Of a stretch of 64,000 nt of DNA, positions 37,380 through 50,381 are shown piece after piece. This stretch comes from Octopus bimaculoides (taxonomy: Eukaryota), in NCBI RefSeq assembly GCF_001194135.2, contig NC_068981.1, positions 159,001,968 through 159,065,967 on the forward strand, given 5' to 3'. Under the pieces are notes generated by a model, which was given only the letters and a program-made list of their open reading frames with translations, was not told where the DNA came from and did not search any database. Position 1 is the first letter of the stretch. Every line of letters starts with the position of its first letter. Position numbers and translations under genes: made by a program.

Positions 37380-37900
37380 TACAGAACAGGCCATTACTCT
37401 CACTGGCTTGTGGATAAAGACGATACAGTTAGCTTTGACTGGACAAAAACTTGACATTGCAGCCTTGAGTGAAATCTTGATTTCAAGAGTAGGTGTTTAT
37501 TGTAAAAGAGTGTCTAGTTTTACCTTCTTTTGGAGTTGCTAAAGAAGGATAGAGTAGGATAAGATTAATACTGGTTTTCTAGAGAAGATATTCCCAGCTG
37601 GTAGATTATCTGAGTCTTCTTAAGGTACGAATAATAATTTGAAGATTGTAAAACCCAGTGCAGCCATGAACTGACCTATACAGATGAAATGAAGGCTAAA
37701 TTCTATGAGTAACTTTACATTTCTTTATTCTGAAAACAGGCAAATTTGTTATTGCTAGTGGTTTTAATGCCAGTGTTGGTTCTAACATGACTGTAATGAA
37801 GTCATTGCAAAATTTGGAATGGGTCACCACAACTGTGATTTCTCACTACTCCATCATCAGTAGTCTTTTGCCTTCTTCTTTGTAAAAGAGCATCACAGAT
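37380..37900 (+). mobile_element. Decayed RTE apurinic endonuclease fragment
   Basis: Reads LDIAALSE..SSFTFFWS, resembling RTE/BovB IDIAALSETR..YTFFWSG. Confidence 0.55.
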
Positions 37901-39093
37901 GTACCTTTGCTTTAAGCACTGGTACTAAATAGCTCATTGATTCTGCCATTCCATCATCATGAAAACCAACTGGAGACGACCAAGTCCATGAGTCCATCTG
38001 ACTGCTGAACAAATCATCATCACCAAACTCAACATTCAAACTGAATCCAGTCATCATGATCACTGACGTTGTCATTTAACATTTGTTTTTCATGCTGGTA
38101 TGGGTTGGACAGTTTCACAGGAGTCAATAAGCCAGAGGACTGCCCATGCTCCAGTGTCTGCTTCAGCATGGTGTGTAGTTGTCTTTCCTAATGCCAACCA
38201 TTTCACAAGGTGTACTGGGTGCTTTTTACATGGCACTGGTACAAGAAAGATTACCAAGTAACTTACAAGACTCATTTTAGGTGATGAGAGGTTAAAGTAT
38301 GATAGAGGGATAAAAACACATGTCTTACAGTAGATGAGATACATGGCTATCCAAGGAAGGCAAACATTAGAGAAATGGTTCAGTGAAAATGCAAAGATTT
38401 GTTATTGGTAGAGCACATCCACAAACTACTAAACTGAAGAATGTTTATTTCCTTATCTTAGGTTTTTGAGTATGTCTAGCACAAAAAATTTCTTACTAAG
38501 TTTCCTACCAATGGATGATGGATTTCATCTATCTCTCATCTCTTGGATTAAAATCTTCCTTTCAGATCACACCATCAGAGTATGGACTGAAAGGAACTTC
38601 TCTGATTTATCTTACTAATACTATTTGCGTGTACCCGAAATATCTAAGAAATAGTATATTTTATCTTAATTTTTTAGTGTATTTATTTTCATATTACCTT
38701 TGGCAGTGCAGTACAAATTTTACACATGCCTTACTTAGGGTTCCAGTTGTGTTTTAGTCAAAAAAATTATTAACTTCTTGCAGAGTTCGAGCACACGGCA
38801 ACATAATATCTCCTCCACTATTTAAGTATTACGTGTCAAAAGTGAAACAAAAACACTCATGTCAAATACTTTCACTTTAAAAATGAAACTATTCTACTAA
38901 CTGAAACAATCACATTTCGATACTGTAGTGACAGATACTTTCACAGAGAGAGAAAGAGAGAAAGAGAGAGACAGAAAGAGAGAGAGAGAGAGATGTATAT
39001 GTACACCATTTCGATACTGTAATGACAGATACTTTCAGAGAGAGAAAGAGAGAGAGATGTATATGTATACATATAGATGTACACGTATATGTA

Positions 39094-39773
39094 NNNNNNN
39101 NNNNNNNNNNNNNNNNNNNNNNNNNNNNNNNNNNNNNNNNNNNNNNNNNNNNNNNNNNNNNNNNNNNNNNNNNNNNNNNNNNNNNNNNNNNNNNNNNNNN
39201 NNNNNNNNNNNNNNNNNNNNNNNNNNNNNNNNNNNNNNNNNNNNNNNNNNNNNNNNNNNNNNNNNNNNNNNNNNNNNNNNNNNNNNNNNNNNNNNNNNNN
39301 NNNNNNNNNNNNNNNNNNNNNNNNNNNNNNNNNNNNNNNNNNNNNNNNNNNNNNNNNNNNNNNNNNNNNNNNNNNNNNNNNNNNNNNNNNNNNNNNNNNN
39401 NNNNNNNNNNNNNNNNNNNNNNNNNNNNNNNNNNNNNNNNNNNNNNNNNNNNNNNNNNNNNNNNNNNNNNNNNNNNNNNNNNNNNNNNNNNNNNNNNNNN
39501 NNNNNNNNNNNNNNNNNNNNNNNNNNNNNNNNNNNNNNNNNNNNNNNNNNNNNNNNNNNNNNNNNNNNNNNNNNNNNNNNNNNNNNNNNNNNNNNNNNNN
39601 NNNNNNNNNNNNNNNNNNNNNNNNNNNNNNNNNNNNNNNNNNNNNNNNNNNNNNNNNNNNNNNNNNNNNNNNNNNNNNNNNNNNNNNNNNNNNNNNNNNN
39701 NNNNNNNNNNNNNNNNNNNNNNNNNNNNNNNNNNNNNNNNNNNNNNNNNNNNNNNNNNNNNNNNNNNNNNNNN
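39094..39773. other. Assembly gap (N) inside Helitron-associated sequence
   Basis: N run. Confidence 1.
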
Positions 39774-40097
39774 CACATGGACAACTGTATGTTGGCTGCT
39801 CAAGAGTGGGCAGCAACAAAAAACCTATTTGTATATGCTCCACAAGGGAAAACAAGGAACATAGTTTACAATGAGGTGTTATTATAATCACAACAGCAAG
39901 AAAGTATGTACATGATCACCTTCTTTTACGAAACTTCATTGACTTTCATATATTTATATTGATATACATATATATACGTGTGTTTGGGTGCGTGTGTGTA
40001 TATACATCTCTATATATAAAGATGATGCGTAGTCTAGACGGCGTTTTTAGATTTCATTATTCTCTTTAACCCGGGCAACGCCGGGTATTTCTGCTAG
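39774..40097 (+). mobile_element. Helitron 3' portion: PIF1-like helicase C-terminus and canonical 3' end
   Basis: HGQLYVGCSRVGSNKNLFVYAPQGKTRNIVYNEVLL* at 39774-39887. Subterminal hairpin acccgg-gcaacg-ccgggt at 40069-40086, then CTAG at 40094-40097 followed by T. Confidence 0.88.
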
Positions 40098-41707
40098 TTT
40101 GCGATATAGGACCCAAAGTACTTGTTACATGGTAGCAGGGCGTGCAAGAAATAGCAACCGTTTATGCATGATTTTGATGTCACATTCGTTGAAAGCATGT
40201 GAAATAACCTGGAAAAGAAAAAAAAAAAACCATGAAACAAAACTCCGTTGCTGGGAAACTCAGACTTTCTAGGTGAACCAATGGGTCATGGGTAGTGTAG
40301 TACTCTACTAACTCTGCCATTTCTCACTGCCTCCCACATTCTTCCTGTATATTAACAACCTACTCATTATCAACTCCAAAAATGCTCACTCCAGATGGTT
40401 CCATTTATTATTCCTCTTAACTATCTGCAGTTAAGATATTATTCAAGGGGACATGATAATCTTGTTTCTTTCTCAATGAGACACCAATCAATTCTCATAC
40501 TATGGCGGAAACAACCTTGTATTGCTCTTTCCCTAGTCATTAATAATGTACAATTGAAACTATTAAGGTTGCTACAAATACTAGTCCTTATAATTTTTTA
40601 TCTTTTCGGTCAACCCTATTACACAGAGCTAAAACTGTGTCCTACAACTAACCTTTTCCCTTCAAGTTCAGGAAATACCAACTCAGACGAAGTGTTGAAG
40701 CCTCTACAAAGCTAAGTAAGATTACTATCTGGGATGGTACTGCTATACATGGATACACCAACATCTGAGACTACATGCAGTAGAAGGCCATCCTAAATTG
40801 CAAAGATTCCTCACTGGCCTCTAAACCATGTCACTTTTTGCCTGTCCTTTCATTATCACAATAGTCATTAATGACTAAATATTGTAAGATATTTAATCTA
40901 CCACTCTGCTGTTTATATACAGGTGTGACTGTGAAGTTTGCTTTACATCCAGATGGTTTTCAGTTTGAGCAAGTATTTTTGGTGAAATTTAGTAGACAGA
41001 AACTGTATAGAAGCTTCTCACTGTAAATTGTATGTCTCATAGCTTAGTTTTAAAGTGTGAAGTCTACTGAAATAAAACTACCTTATTTGAAAAACAAAGG
41101 TCAGTGACAGGAAAGGCAGCCAACTGTAAAAAACTGCCTCCAATAAGTATCATGCAACTGATGCCAGCATGGAAGAAGTGGACATAAAAAAGCAATGATG
41201 ATGATATGTATAAATCAATATCAGTAAAATCATTTTTTCTTTCTTTTGAATGTTAATTTCTCTCAATGCACAATACCATAAAGACACCAAATTGGAAAGT
41301 CCTTTGTAAATTATATTTGTTTAGGTTATAGATACACAACAAATGGCTTTTGTACTTTATAATATACAATAGCATTACAAAATATAAACATAAGTCACTA
41401 TAAGCTTAAGCAGTGTATGTATGGTTGTAATGATATTAAAATTGTGTCTCTCAGCACGATCTCTGGTCAAAATATCTTGCCAAACATATGACTCCAAAAG
41501 ATCTGCTTTGATATTATTTGTTTAATTTGCAATGGTTGTTTGTAGGGCAATCTTGAGTAATTCATAAACCGGGTTGATAGTTCAAATTTGACATCCAGTT
41601 AGAGCCATTTCTCCTCTGTTTTAGAGAAGACCTGAGCAACTTTTCTTTCTTTGTTCCTTTTCAGTCTGTGTTTTTATGTCATTATTTTTTGTTTTTTCCT
41701 ATCCCAG

Positions 41708-41903
41708 TGTACTGAAAACAGAGTGGATCTATGCTAAATACAAACGCTTTGAATTCGATGATCCTCAACACCAAAATGAATATTTGAAGGAAACAAAAGA
41801 AGGTATTTTGATGAAAAGAGGAAAAGAAAATCAAAAGTTTAAGCCAAGACGATTTTTGCTCTCTCGATCTGAAAATCTTTTAAAATATTTTAATAAGGAG
41901 AAC
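41708..41903 (+). CDS. ADAP1: ADAP1 coding exon (GAP end and PH1 start): VLKTEWIYAKYKRFEFDDPQHQNEYLKETKEGILMKRGKENQKFKPRRFLLSRSENLLKYFNKEN
   Basis: cccag acceptor and GTGAGT donor, 196 nt. Contains the WIxAKYxRxEF motif and the PH signature KRGK..FKPRRF. Confidence 0.97.
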
Positions 41904-42471
41904 GTGAGTCTATACATTTTATCATTTGTATATATTTTTTCTATATATTTTCTCATTTGTCTTATAAGACAACATAACTATAATGTTTTGAAATAAATCT
42001 AATTGATTAGAGTTGAAAAACTTTAATCAATTAGATTTTATAGAAATGGCATATTATTGTTAGAGAGTTGTTGGGAGAAGTTATTGTATTGTTCAAATTA
42101 AAAATATTTTGATGAAACATAGAGCAGTGAGACGACAGAATCTTCAGCACACCAGGCAAAATGCTTAATCACATTTCGTCTATCTTTATGTTCTGAGTTC
42201 AGATTCTGCTGGAGTTGACTCTGCCTTTCATCCCTTTTGGGGTCAATAAAAATAAGTACCGGTTGAGCACTGGGGTCAGTGTAATCGACCTATCCCTTCT
42301 ATGGTAATTGTTGGTAAATGTGTTTGACATTTAATTTGTTAAGGCCTATTGTTCTTTTAATCTTCAGGTTTTTACTAATTTCTTTTGCTTTTATTTGTCA
42401 TTATTTTTATTGTAATTTTTGTTAGCTTTTCTCTTGTTACTATGTATAGCATTTTTAAAAACATTTTTCAG

Positions 42472-42618
42472 GCAAGCAGACCTAAAGCTGAAATTAATTT
42501 GGATAGTTTGAATGCTGTGTTTGTGCCTGAAAAGATTGGACAATTAAATGGTCTTCAAATTACATATACCGACCGTGGATCAACCCGATGTATCTATGTT
42601 TACCACCAAGACAGCAAG
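42472..42618 (+). CDS. ADAP1: ADAP1 coding exon (PH1): ASRPKAEINLDSLNAVFVPEKIGQLNGLQITYTDRGSTRCIYVYHQDSK
   Basis: tttcag acceptor and GTATTA donor, 147 nt. Matches AKEPKAVMKIEHLNATFQPAKIGHPHGLQVTY. Confidence 0.97.
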
Positions 42619-43151
42619 GTATTAAACTGAGGGATTATTTTGGACAAATTTTCAAGCAATGTTTCTTCATATTAAATTTAAAAAATGGAAAACTAGACAT
42701 AGAAGTATTAGCTATAGTCATCATCCTCATTATCATCATTGTTTTAACATCCACTTTTCCATGCTTGCATAGATTAGATGAAATTTGTTGAGGCGAATTT
42801 TTCTATGGCTGGATGCCCTTCCTGTCATCAACCCTCACCTGTTCCCAATTACAGTAAATTTCCTCATGACCAGACATGTTTTTTCAGAAGATTGAAAACA
42901 AAGGACATCACTTGCATGAGGGTGACACTCGTTTACAACTATTATGCAAAGTCAAGGCATGGATATAGTAATACACACATCCCCCCCCACACACATATAC
43001 ATATATTATATATATATATGTATTATATATTATATATCATCATATATATATATGTGTGTGTGTGTTTGTGTGTATGACAGGCTTTAGTTTCTATGTATCA
43101 AATCCATTCACATTTCAGGTAAAAAGAGACACCTCTTTGCAGCAACAACCA

Positions 43152-43244
<93 letters not shown>

Positions 43245-43404
43245 TGTGTGTGTGTGTGTGTGAACAATGAGAATGCATGCAATTAAAATAATGCAGTATG
43301 CAGATGAACTCTTCTGGTGCATATTTAGAACAACACCATAAAGTCAGCCAAACTTGTCTCATGTCATACCCTACCATCATAAAAAAATAAAGAACACTTT
43401 AAAT

Positions 43405-43796
43405 TGTTGTTGTTGGCACTCCGCCGCTTACGATGTCGAGGGTTCCAGTTGATCCGATCAACGGAACAGCCTGCTCGTGAAATTAATGTGCAAGTGGCTG
43501 AGCACTCCACAGACACGTGTACCCTTAACATAGTTCTCGAGGATATTCAGCATGACACAGTGTGACAGGGCTGACCCTTTGAATTACAGGCACAACAGAA
43601 ACAGGAAGTAAGAGTGAGAGAAAGTTGTGGTGAAAGAGTACAGCAGGGTTTGCCACCATCCCCTGCCGGAGCCTCATGGAGCTTTAGGTGTTTTCGCTCA
43701 ATAAACACTCACAATGCTCGGTCTGGGAATCGAAACCGCGATCCTATGACCGCGAGTTCGCTGCCCTAACCACTGGGCCATTGCGCTTCCACTCAC
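43405..43796 (-). mobile_element. Young full-length SINE family B with 11-bp TSD acactttaaat
   Basis: Near-identical reverse complement of 26960-27342. TSD at 43394-43404 and 43797-43807. Confidence 0.92.
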
Positions 43797-45007
43797 ACAC
43801 TTTAAATAATGTGTTCCTAAACAAACTATTTCTGAAAACAGGATGGGTTTGTCACTGCTGAAATGCCCATGATTACAGGTTTGCTCACTCAGGGTCCATA
43901 CCTGGACCTACACAACTTTTAGAGCCAGTTAGATCTCAACTGTTGACTAGAGTAGTCATTAAGATAATGATTGCTTCTTCTATATGTAGTTTTAGTTAAT
44001 TAAAAGTTTTTGGTTCATTAGCATGCACTTTACTAAATTATTTTTCATGTAGCAAGCATTTTTTTCTTTAAGTTCATTCACAAAAATCCTCTAGTCATCA
44101 TCTAAGATCTTCTGTAGTTGTTAGACTATGCTTCATGTTAGACTGTACTTAAATGTTTCTAGTGTAGCCACTGTGCTGCCGAAGATCAACCCATCTCTTC
44201 AATATTCTATTCTAAATCAATCTTAATTAATTTAAATTCTGGGAGTTGTCTTTCCCTCCCTTTTTTGACAAGAGTTACAGATGCAATACTTGGACATATT
44301 GTTAGTGTTGTTTCTTGGGTTCACTGGGTGATTTGGGTTTCACAAAATACATCCTCATCCAGGTGACCCAACCTGATTTTATCAACCCTAGGCCTGTGTC
44401 CAAGCAGCATTCTACTGACTCCTATTGATCAACTCCTTTTTTAGCCAGAACCATCTTGATGTCTTCTCAGTAGCCTTTATCTTGATTCATGATAGCTCTT
44501 CTACTCACTTCCATTGCCTTCCTAGAACAGAGAGTAACATAAAATATGTCAATGAAATGGTTTTTATAATACCTTAATAAATGATGATTCAAAACATTTT
44601 TTGTTTTGTAAGGTTTTGTGCAATGTGACTGGGGTTCAAAACTTGTATATATGGACACACTCATGCTCTCATAAATTTGTTTATCATGACACAAGTTCTA
44701 AAGAGAATGTCTTCTTGATATAACTTGTAGTGCGACTAGATTTTTGCTGGCAAAACAGGGAAATTTTTTTTTATTAAGATCTAAGAGAAAATATATCGGT
44801 AGAAGAAAGCAAAATAATTTAAATTTACTCATCTGGTGGCTTTTAGCAGTTCTTTATGTTCTGTGATTTGTTTTCTTTAATGTGGATGACTTTTACAAAC
44901 TTTAACATTTGAATTATTAAACCCAAGGTTTTTTTTTTTGTTTTTACTGTTAAATTCCTTTCCATTTACAACACTTTCAATCTGTCTTTAAGCACTTTAG
45001 ACTAAAA

Positions 45008-45269
45008 ATTTAAAAAATAAATACGCCCTTTTAAAGCCTAGCCAGGCTCGTGGGCCCAGTTTCCCTTGTTTCAATGGCGTGTGTGTTCCCCAGCTGGATG
45101 GGATGCCAGTCCATCGCAGCATTACTCATTTTTGCCAGCTGAGTGGACTGGATCAACGTGAAATGAAGTGTTTTGCTCAAGAACACAACGCGTCGCCCGA
45201 TCTAGGAATCGAAACCACAATCTTACGATCATTGTGCTGACACCTTAACCACTAAGCCACACGCCTCCA
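45008..45269 (-). mobile_element. tRNA-derived SINE (family C) with 15-bp TSD cactttagactaaaa
   Basis: TSD at 44993-45007 and 45270-45284. tRNA-like head at the right end; partial relative at 62826-62970. Confidence 0.88.
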
Positions 45270-45529
45270 CACTTTAGACTAAAACCAGCAGAAAAATCTT
45301 GTTTTAGCACATAATGCAAAAGCTGTCACAGACGTTTGAACTCTTGATTCTTGTCAATAGTTTTGCATTTTTGAATCACAGTTCCTGGGGGTTTATTTGA
45401 TGAAGATCACAATATTTCAGAGTTAATTTATATTTTTAAAAAAAAATGCTATTTATTTAAAATATATCTGAAAGACAATATAAGTACCATATTCTGTATT
45501 TGTCTTATTTTCAATGTTCTATTTTTCAG

Positions 45530-45613
45530 GAAATTGTAGATTGGTACCAGTCAATAAGGGCATTGAAATTAGAACGACGTAAGATTGCCTTTCCTGACAA
45601 AAATGTATCTGAG
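45530..45613 (+). CDS. ADAP1: ADAP1 coding exon: EIVDWYQSIRALKLERRKIAFPDKNVSE
   Basis: tttcag acceptor and GTAAGA donor, 84 nt. Matches EIVDWFNALRAARFHYLQVAFP. Confidence 0.96.
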
Positions 45614-47699
45614 GTAAGAAGATAATCATCACCATTGTTTTAGTATTTTTATTTCCGTGTTGGCATGGCTGGTTGAGTTTGCACAGCAGCATACCAACTC
45701 TCCTCCTGGTTTCAAGTTATCTTGTGTATGAGACCCAGTACCCTATTTCCCTATTTCTTCTTATAGCTTCTTAAATTCCTCTCCATCACACATACCTTCC
45801 ACTGCATTTTTTTTATTCAGCAAGAGTTGTTCTTTAGTGTTACTATAGCTATAGTTCCTGTTAATCATTTTAATACCTATTTTCTTTGCTCACTTTCACC
45901 CTGACCTTGGCTTTTAAGCTATGTTGCACAGCCATTCAGTCATTTTGAGAAATTTATTTCTAGCTCCCATAGATCTTTCAGATTCATTGCCCATTCATAT
46001 TCTACTACCAAGAAATATCACACTTCTTATCCATGCTTCCATTAATCCACAGTGTTGAATTACTAATTGCTTTTTTAATCCTTGCCATGTTGATCTTTAA
46101 TATGTTAAAAAGCACTCTTCCAGATATTGAACTTTTATTGTTGTTCTTTGATAGATTCTGCATTGACAATCACCATATCGATAGATATATAAATTTTCTC
46201 AAGAAGGATCATTAATGAATAAAAGAGGGTATGGATGGAAATATTTCTGAAGTTTTACTCACTCACCAATACATTAAATTCTTCACAGAATTTACTGCCA
46301 ATTCTTACTTATAGAACATGACTTAATCTACTGTCATTTAGGTCTAATTTTCTTAGTGTTCACATGGCACCCATCCTCATTAAGCTCTGATCTTTCTCTA
46401 TATACAGGAATCTAAATCTGTCAGATATCAGATATCCATAATTTTGTCCAATTTCCAAGATAGGCATCTTCTCTGCCCCTGTTAATATTACTGACCTGTT
46501 ACCCTCGTTGTTAACAACTCAAATGTGATGATAACAATTGCAAACAATCAATTTTTTATCATTTTGATTTTCTTTCCCTTCTGCTCACCAGTATGTACTG
46601 AGTCAAATCAGTTACACACTTACTCTGCTATTATGTACCAGTGGTCTCTTGTCTTTAATAACTTCAGGAAAGCAATTCTATTGACCTTCTACCTTGTCTA
46701 GATTGAGAACTTCTTAGCAATGTTGCAATCACTTTTATATTAAACTGTGACACTGACATTCCTCCTTCTGCACATTAATGATATTCTGTACCTTCTTACT
46801 ATCATACCTAATTACATGTACCATAAACATGTGATCTAACTTTATGTTTTTACTTTCACTCCTTTACTTCCTATACAGTTACATTGTCCACATGCAATAT
46901 ACACTTTACACCAGTATATACTGCTTCCATAAGCAGAGACTGTGAAAACAACCTTCAATGGGGATATGATGATAATGCACTCTCATATCAATTTTGATAT
47001 ATGAGTGCTCAGTTCAAACAACTGGACAACGTACTTATTTAACTAGCATGCAGTGTGGCTGAGTATTCCACAGACATGTGTACCCCTAACATAATTCTCT
47101 GGTAGAAGCAGTGTGGTACTAGTGTGACAAGGCTAACTTTTGAATTACAGACACAGTCCATTCAATGGGCTTCAGTACTCTGTCTTTCTGCCTAAATTCA
47201 CTCATAAGGTTTGGTAAATGTCCTTGCCCAAGGTGCCATGCTGTAGGGATAAAATCTGGGACCTTATAGTTTCAAAGTGACTTTTTTAATCACTCAGCTA
47301 TGCCTGTGTCCACATCATCATCATCACCACTTAAAGTCTGTCTTCCATGCTGGCATGGGTTGGCTGGTTTACCAGGAGATATAGTAAGATCAGGGGCTGC
47401 ATTAGGCTCCATTGTCTGTTCTGGCATGGTTTCTATGGTTGGATGCCCTTCCTAATGCAAACCACTCCACAGAATGCACTGGGTGCTTTTTATGTGGTAC
47501 CAGCACTGGTATCAATTTTGCCGTGGTGGATGAGTCTTCTTGAGTACAGCAAGGTACTAGATATCTCAGTCCTTCATCATCATCTCCTTCATAAGGTTCA
47601 GTGTCTTGAGATCAATACTTCATCCCATGTCTTCTTGAGTTCTCTTTTTACAGATGACCAACCTACAGTGAAAATCCTGAAAGTTGTTACAAATACAAA

Positions 47700-48050
47700 C
47701 TTTGATCTCTCAAGGCAACCTAACATGTATAACTTTATTAAAACATTAATTTAATGACTAGCTTTCTTCTTTAGGGCCTTTACAAGGCTCATGTGTATCT
47801 CTGATAAGAGTACTGCATACAGATCTGGGATGGTGCTTCTACAGATGCCAAATCCTGGAGTGCATCTCAAAAATGGCTAAGCAGCTGATTGGCAATATAG
47901 CACTTACTAAAAGACTATAACTTCAGCTTATAGACGTGTTGTTTCATTCACCTGCATCTTCTGCTGCTGTTATAATGGGTTTTGATCCTTCAAATTAGCT
48001 AACTACATACCACTTCCTGAATCCATCAATAGCACTATATTTTAACATCT
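47700..48050 (+). mobile_element. Decayed CR1/L2-like LINE C-terminal fragment (relative at ~40480-40900)
   Basis: Reads LYKAHV...EYCIQIWDGAST, resembling LYKxxVRxxxEYCxxxW. Confidence 0.5.
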
Positions 48051-48167
48051 CTGTCTTATCTACTAAATCATACACTAAACATTTTTGCTACTCACTCCTC
48101 TCCAGAACTACAATTATTTCATGTATTTATTCTTTTACAATTGTTTTTGTTCATTTTGCATTTGTAG

Positions 48168-48299
48168 TTGTGTGAGGATTTAACAAGAAGTTTCAGTAAA
48201 GAAGGATGGCTCAGTAAGAAAGGACCCAGAGATGAACCATTCAGAAAACGGTGGTTTACATTTGATCGTAGAAAATTGATGTATTTTGAAGAACCTTTG
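48168..48299 (+). CDS. ADAP1: ADAP1 coding exon (PH2 start): LCEDLTRSFSKEGWLSKKGPRDEPFRKRWFTFDRRKLMYFEEPL
   Basis: ttgtag acceptor and GTAAGT donor, 132 nt. FRKRWF phosphoinositide-binding motif is conserved. Confidence 0.97.
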
Positions 48300-49214
48300 G
48301 TAAGTAATTCATTTAATTTGATTCCTGCGTAATAACTGGATATTAGTTAAGAAACTGAAAATTTTCAGAGGCATTGAACTGGCAGAATGGTTAGAACATC
48401 AGATACAATATTTCATATTTGTTGCAGCTCTCAGTACTCTGAGTTCAAATTCTGTCAAGATCAGCTTTTGGGTTTGATAAAAAAACAAAAAACAAATTCA
48501 AAAGCAATACTAATTCAGTGCAATGAATTGGTAGAACTGTAAGAAAATTGGACTGGATACCTTGTAGTATTTGTTCATTTTGCTTGAGATCTGTGTTCAA
48601 ATTCCACCATGTTCTACTTCAATGATAGACTTACTCCAAGATCTATTTTGACACCACCATCTGACACCTTGGGTGTCTTTAGTGGAATCCATTCTGTTGC
48701 AGGTATTTGGGCCAAGTTTTCAGTTTGGGGATAGTTTCTTCCACCAGTCTAAGAGACCTTGGAAAGGATCATAGGTACTGCCTTCTCTCTTGACTTAGAA
48801 ACAAAGAAGGAAAAGAAAACGTTGGGTCTAATATAGTAAAATAGTGAAAAAGATGAGGTATTGGATTACTGTGTCATAGGTTATGAGTTGTCATGAAATC
48901 ACAATAAACTCAGTTTGTCTCAAAGTAAGATAAATCTATTGGCTTTGACTTCATTTTATTTTGTTGGAGAATAACTTCTGATGAAACTTACCTACTCATG
49001 ATGGACACATATCAGGTCCAGAAAGGAAATTTGTCTTATCTGCTTGCTATTACAGAAACTCTTCAAGATGAGTATACTCAAATTTGTCAACGACTTCACA
49101 CTTAAAAAAAATGTATGATCAAATTTGTAGTTATGTACTTTAAAAATATATATCATGTAACCAAAAAATCGTTTATTAGTTTGAAAAAATTGTTTTCTTG
49201 AATTTTTCTTTCAG

Positions 49215-49440
49215 AATGCATTTGCTAAAGGAGAAATATTTATTGGCCATAAAGACAATTGCTATTCCATTGTGGAAGGAATACCTGCTGATGGTCGAAC
49301 TGCACCTGGTTATGGTTTTACACTTCACACACCTGACAGAGACTTTTATTTGAGTGCTGACTCTAAAGCTGAAATGGAAGAGTGGATACATGAATTGACT
49401 AAAGTTACCTTGACCCCGTTAACACCCCAAGATAATAAAA
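49215..49440 (+). CDS. ADAP1: ADAP1 coding exon (PH2): NAFAKGEIFIGHKDNCYSIVEGIPADGRTAPGYGFTLHTPDRDFYLSADSKAEMEEWIHELTKVTLTPLTPQDNK
   Basis: tttcag acceptor and GTAAGT donor, 226 nt, ends phase 1. Matches DAFARGEVFIG...TPDRKF...EW. Confidence 0.97.
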
Positions 49441-49458
49441 GTAAGTAAAGTTCTTACT

Positions 49459-49788
49459 CTTTTACTTGTTTCAGTCATTTGACTGTGGCCATGCTGGAGC
49501 ACTGCCTTTAGTCGAGCAAATCGACACCAGGACTTATTCTTTGTAAGCCTAGTACTTATTCTATCAGTCTCTTTTGCTGAACCGCTAAGTTACGGGGATG
49601 TAAACACACCAGTATCGGTTGTCAAGCGATGTTGGGGGGACAGACACACAAACACACACACACNNNNNNNNNNNNNNNNNNNNNNNNNNNNNNNNNNNNN
49701 NNNNNNNNNNNNNNNNNNNNNNNNNNNNNNNNNNNNNNNNNNNNNNNNNNNNNNNNNNNNNNNNNNNNNNNNNNNNNNNNNNNNNNAT

Positions 49789-49822
<34 letters not shown>

Positions 49823-49978
49823 GACGGGCTTCTTTCAGTTTCCGTCTACCAAATCCACTCACAAGGCTTTGGTTGGCCCGAGGCTATAGTAGAAGACACT
49901 TGCCCAAGGTGCCATGCAGTGGGACTGAACCTGGAACCGTGTGGTTGGTAAGCAAGCTACTTACCACACAGCCACTCC
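49459..49978 (-). mobile_element. SINE family A, young copy spanning gap 49664-49786, starting ~19 bp after an ADAP1 donor site
   Basis: Well-preserved head and tail with the internal microsatellite lost to the N gap. Confidence 0.88.
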
Positions 49979-50381
49979 CATAATTTTATAGTTTCTCCTT
50001 CTGTATGTTATGGTAAGTACATATAAAGCTTCTAGTTTTATATAACAGTAGACTTGCAGAAAAATATCAGATTCTTTGGTCCAGTTCCTCTAAGTTAGTA
50101 ATTAAATTTTTGGCTATGCAATCTTTTGTCATAATGATTACAGATACAAATATGATACTATTACTATTTGCAGATTTTATATTAGTTACTTTTGAATATT
50201 TATTTGTTGTTAACTTCATCATTATTAGCATCATCAACATTTTAAATGTCTCTTTCTATAATAGCATAGGTCCTTGGAATTGTTGGTCCTTATGCAGCAT
50301 CATATACCCATACTAGCTCAGCCTTCTTTGTGTGTGTTTTTTAAAACACAGATATGCACACATGAACAATTTCAGTAGTAT

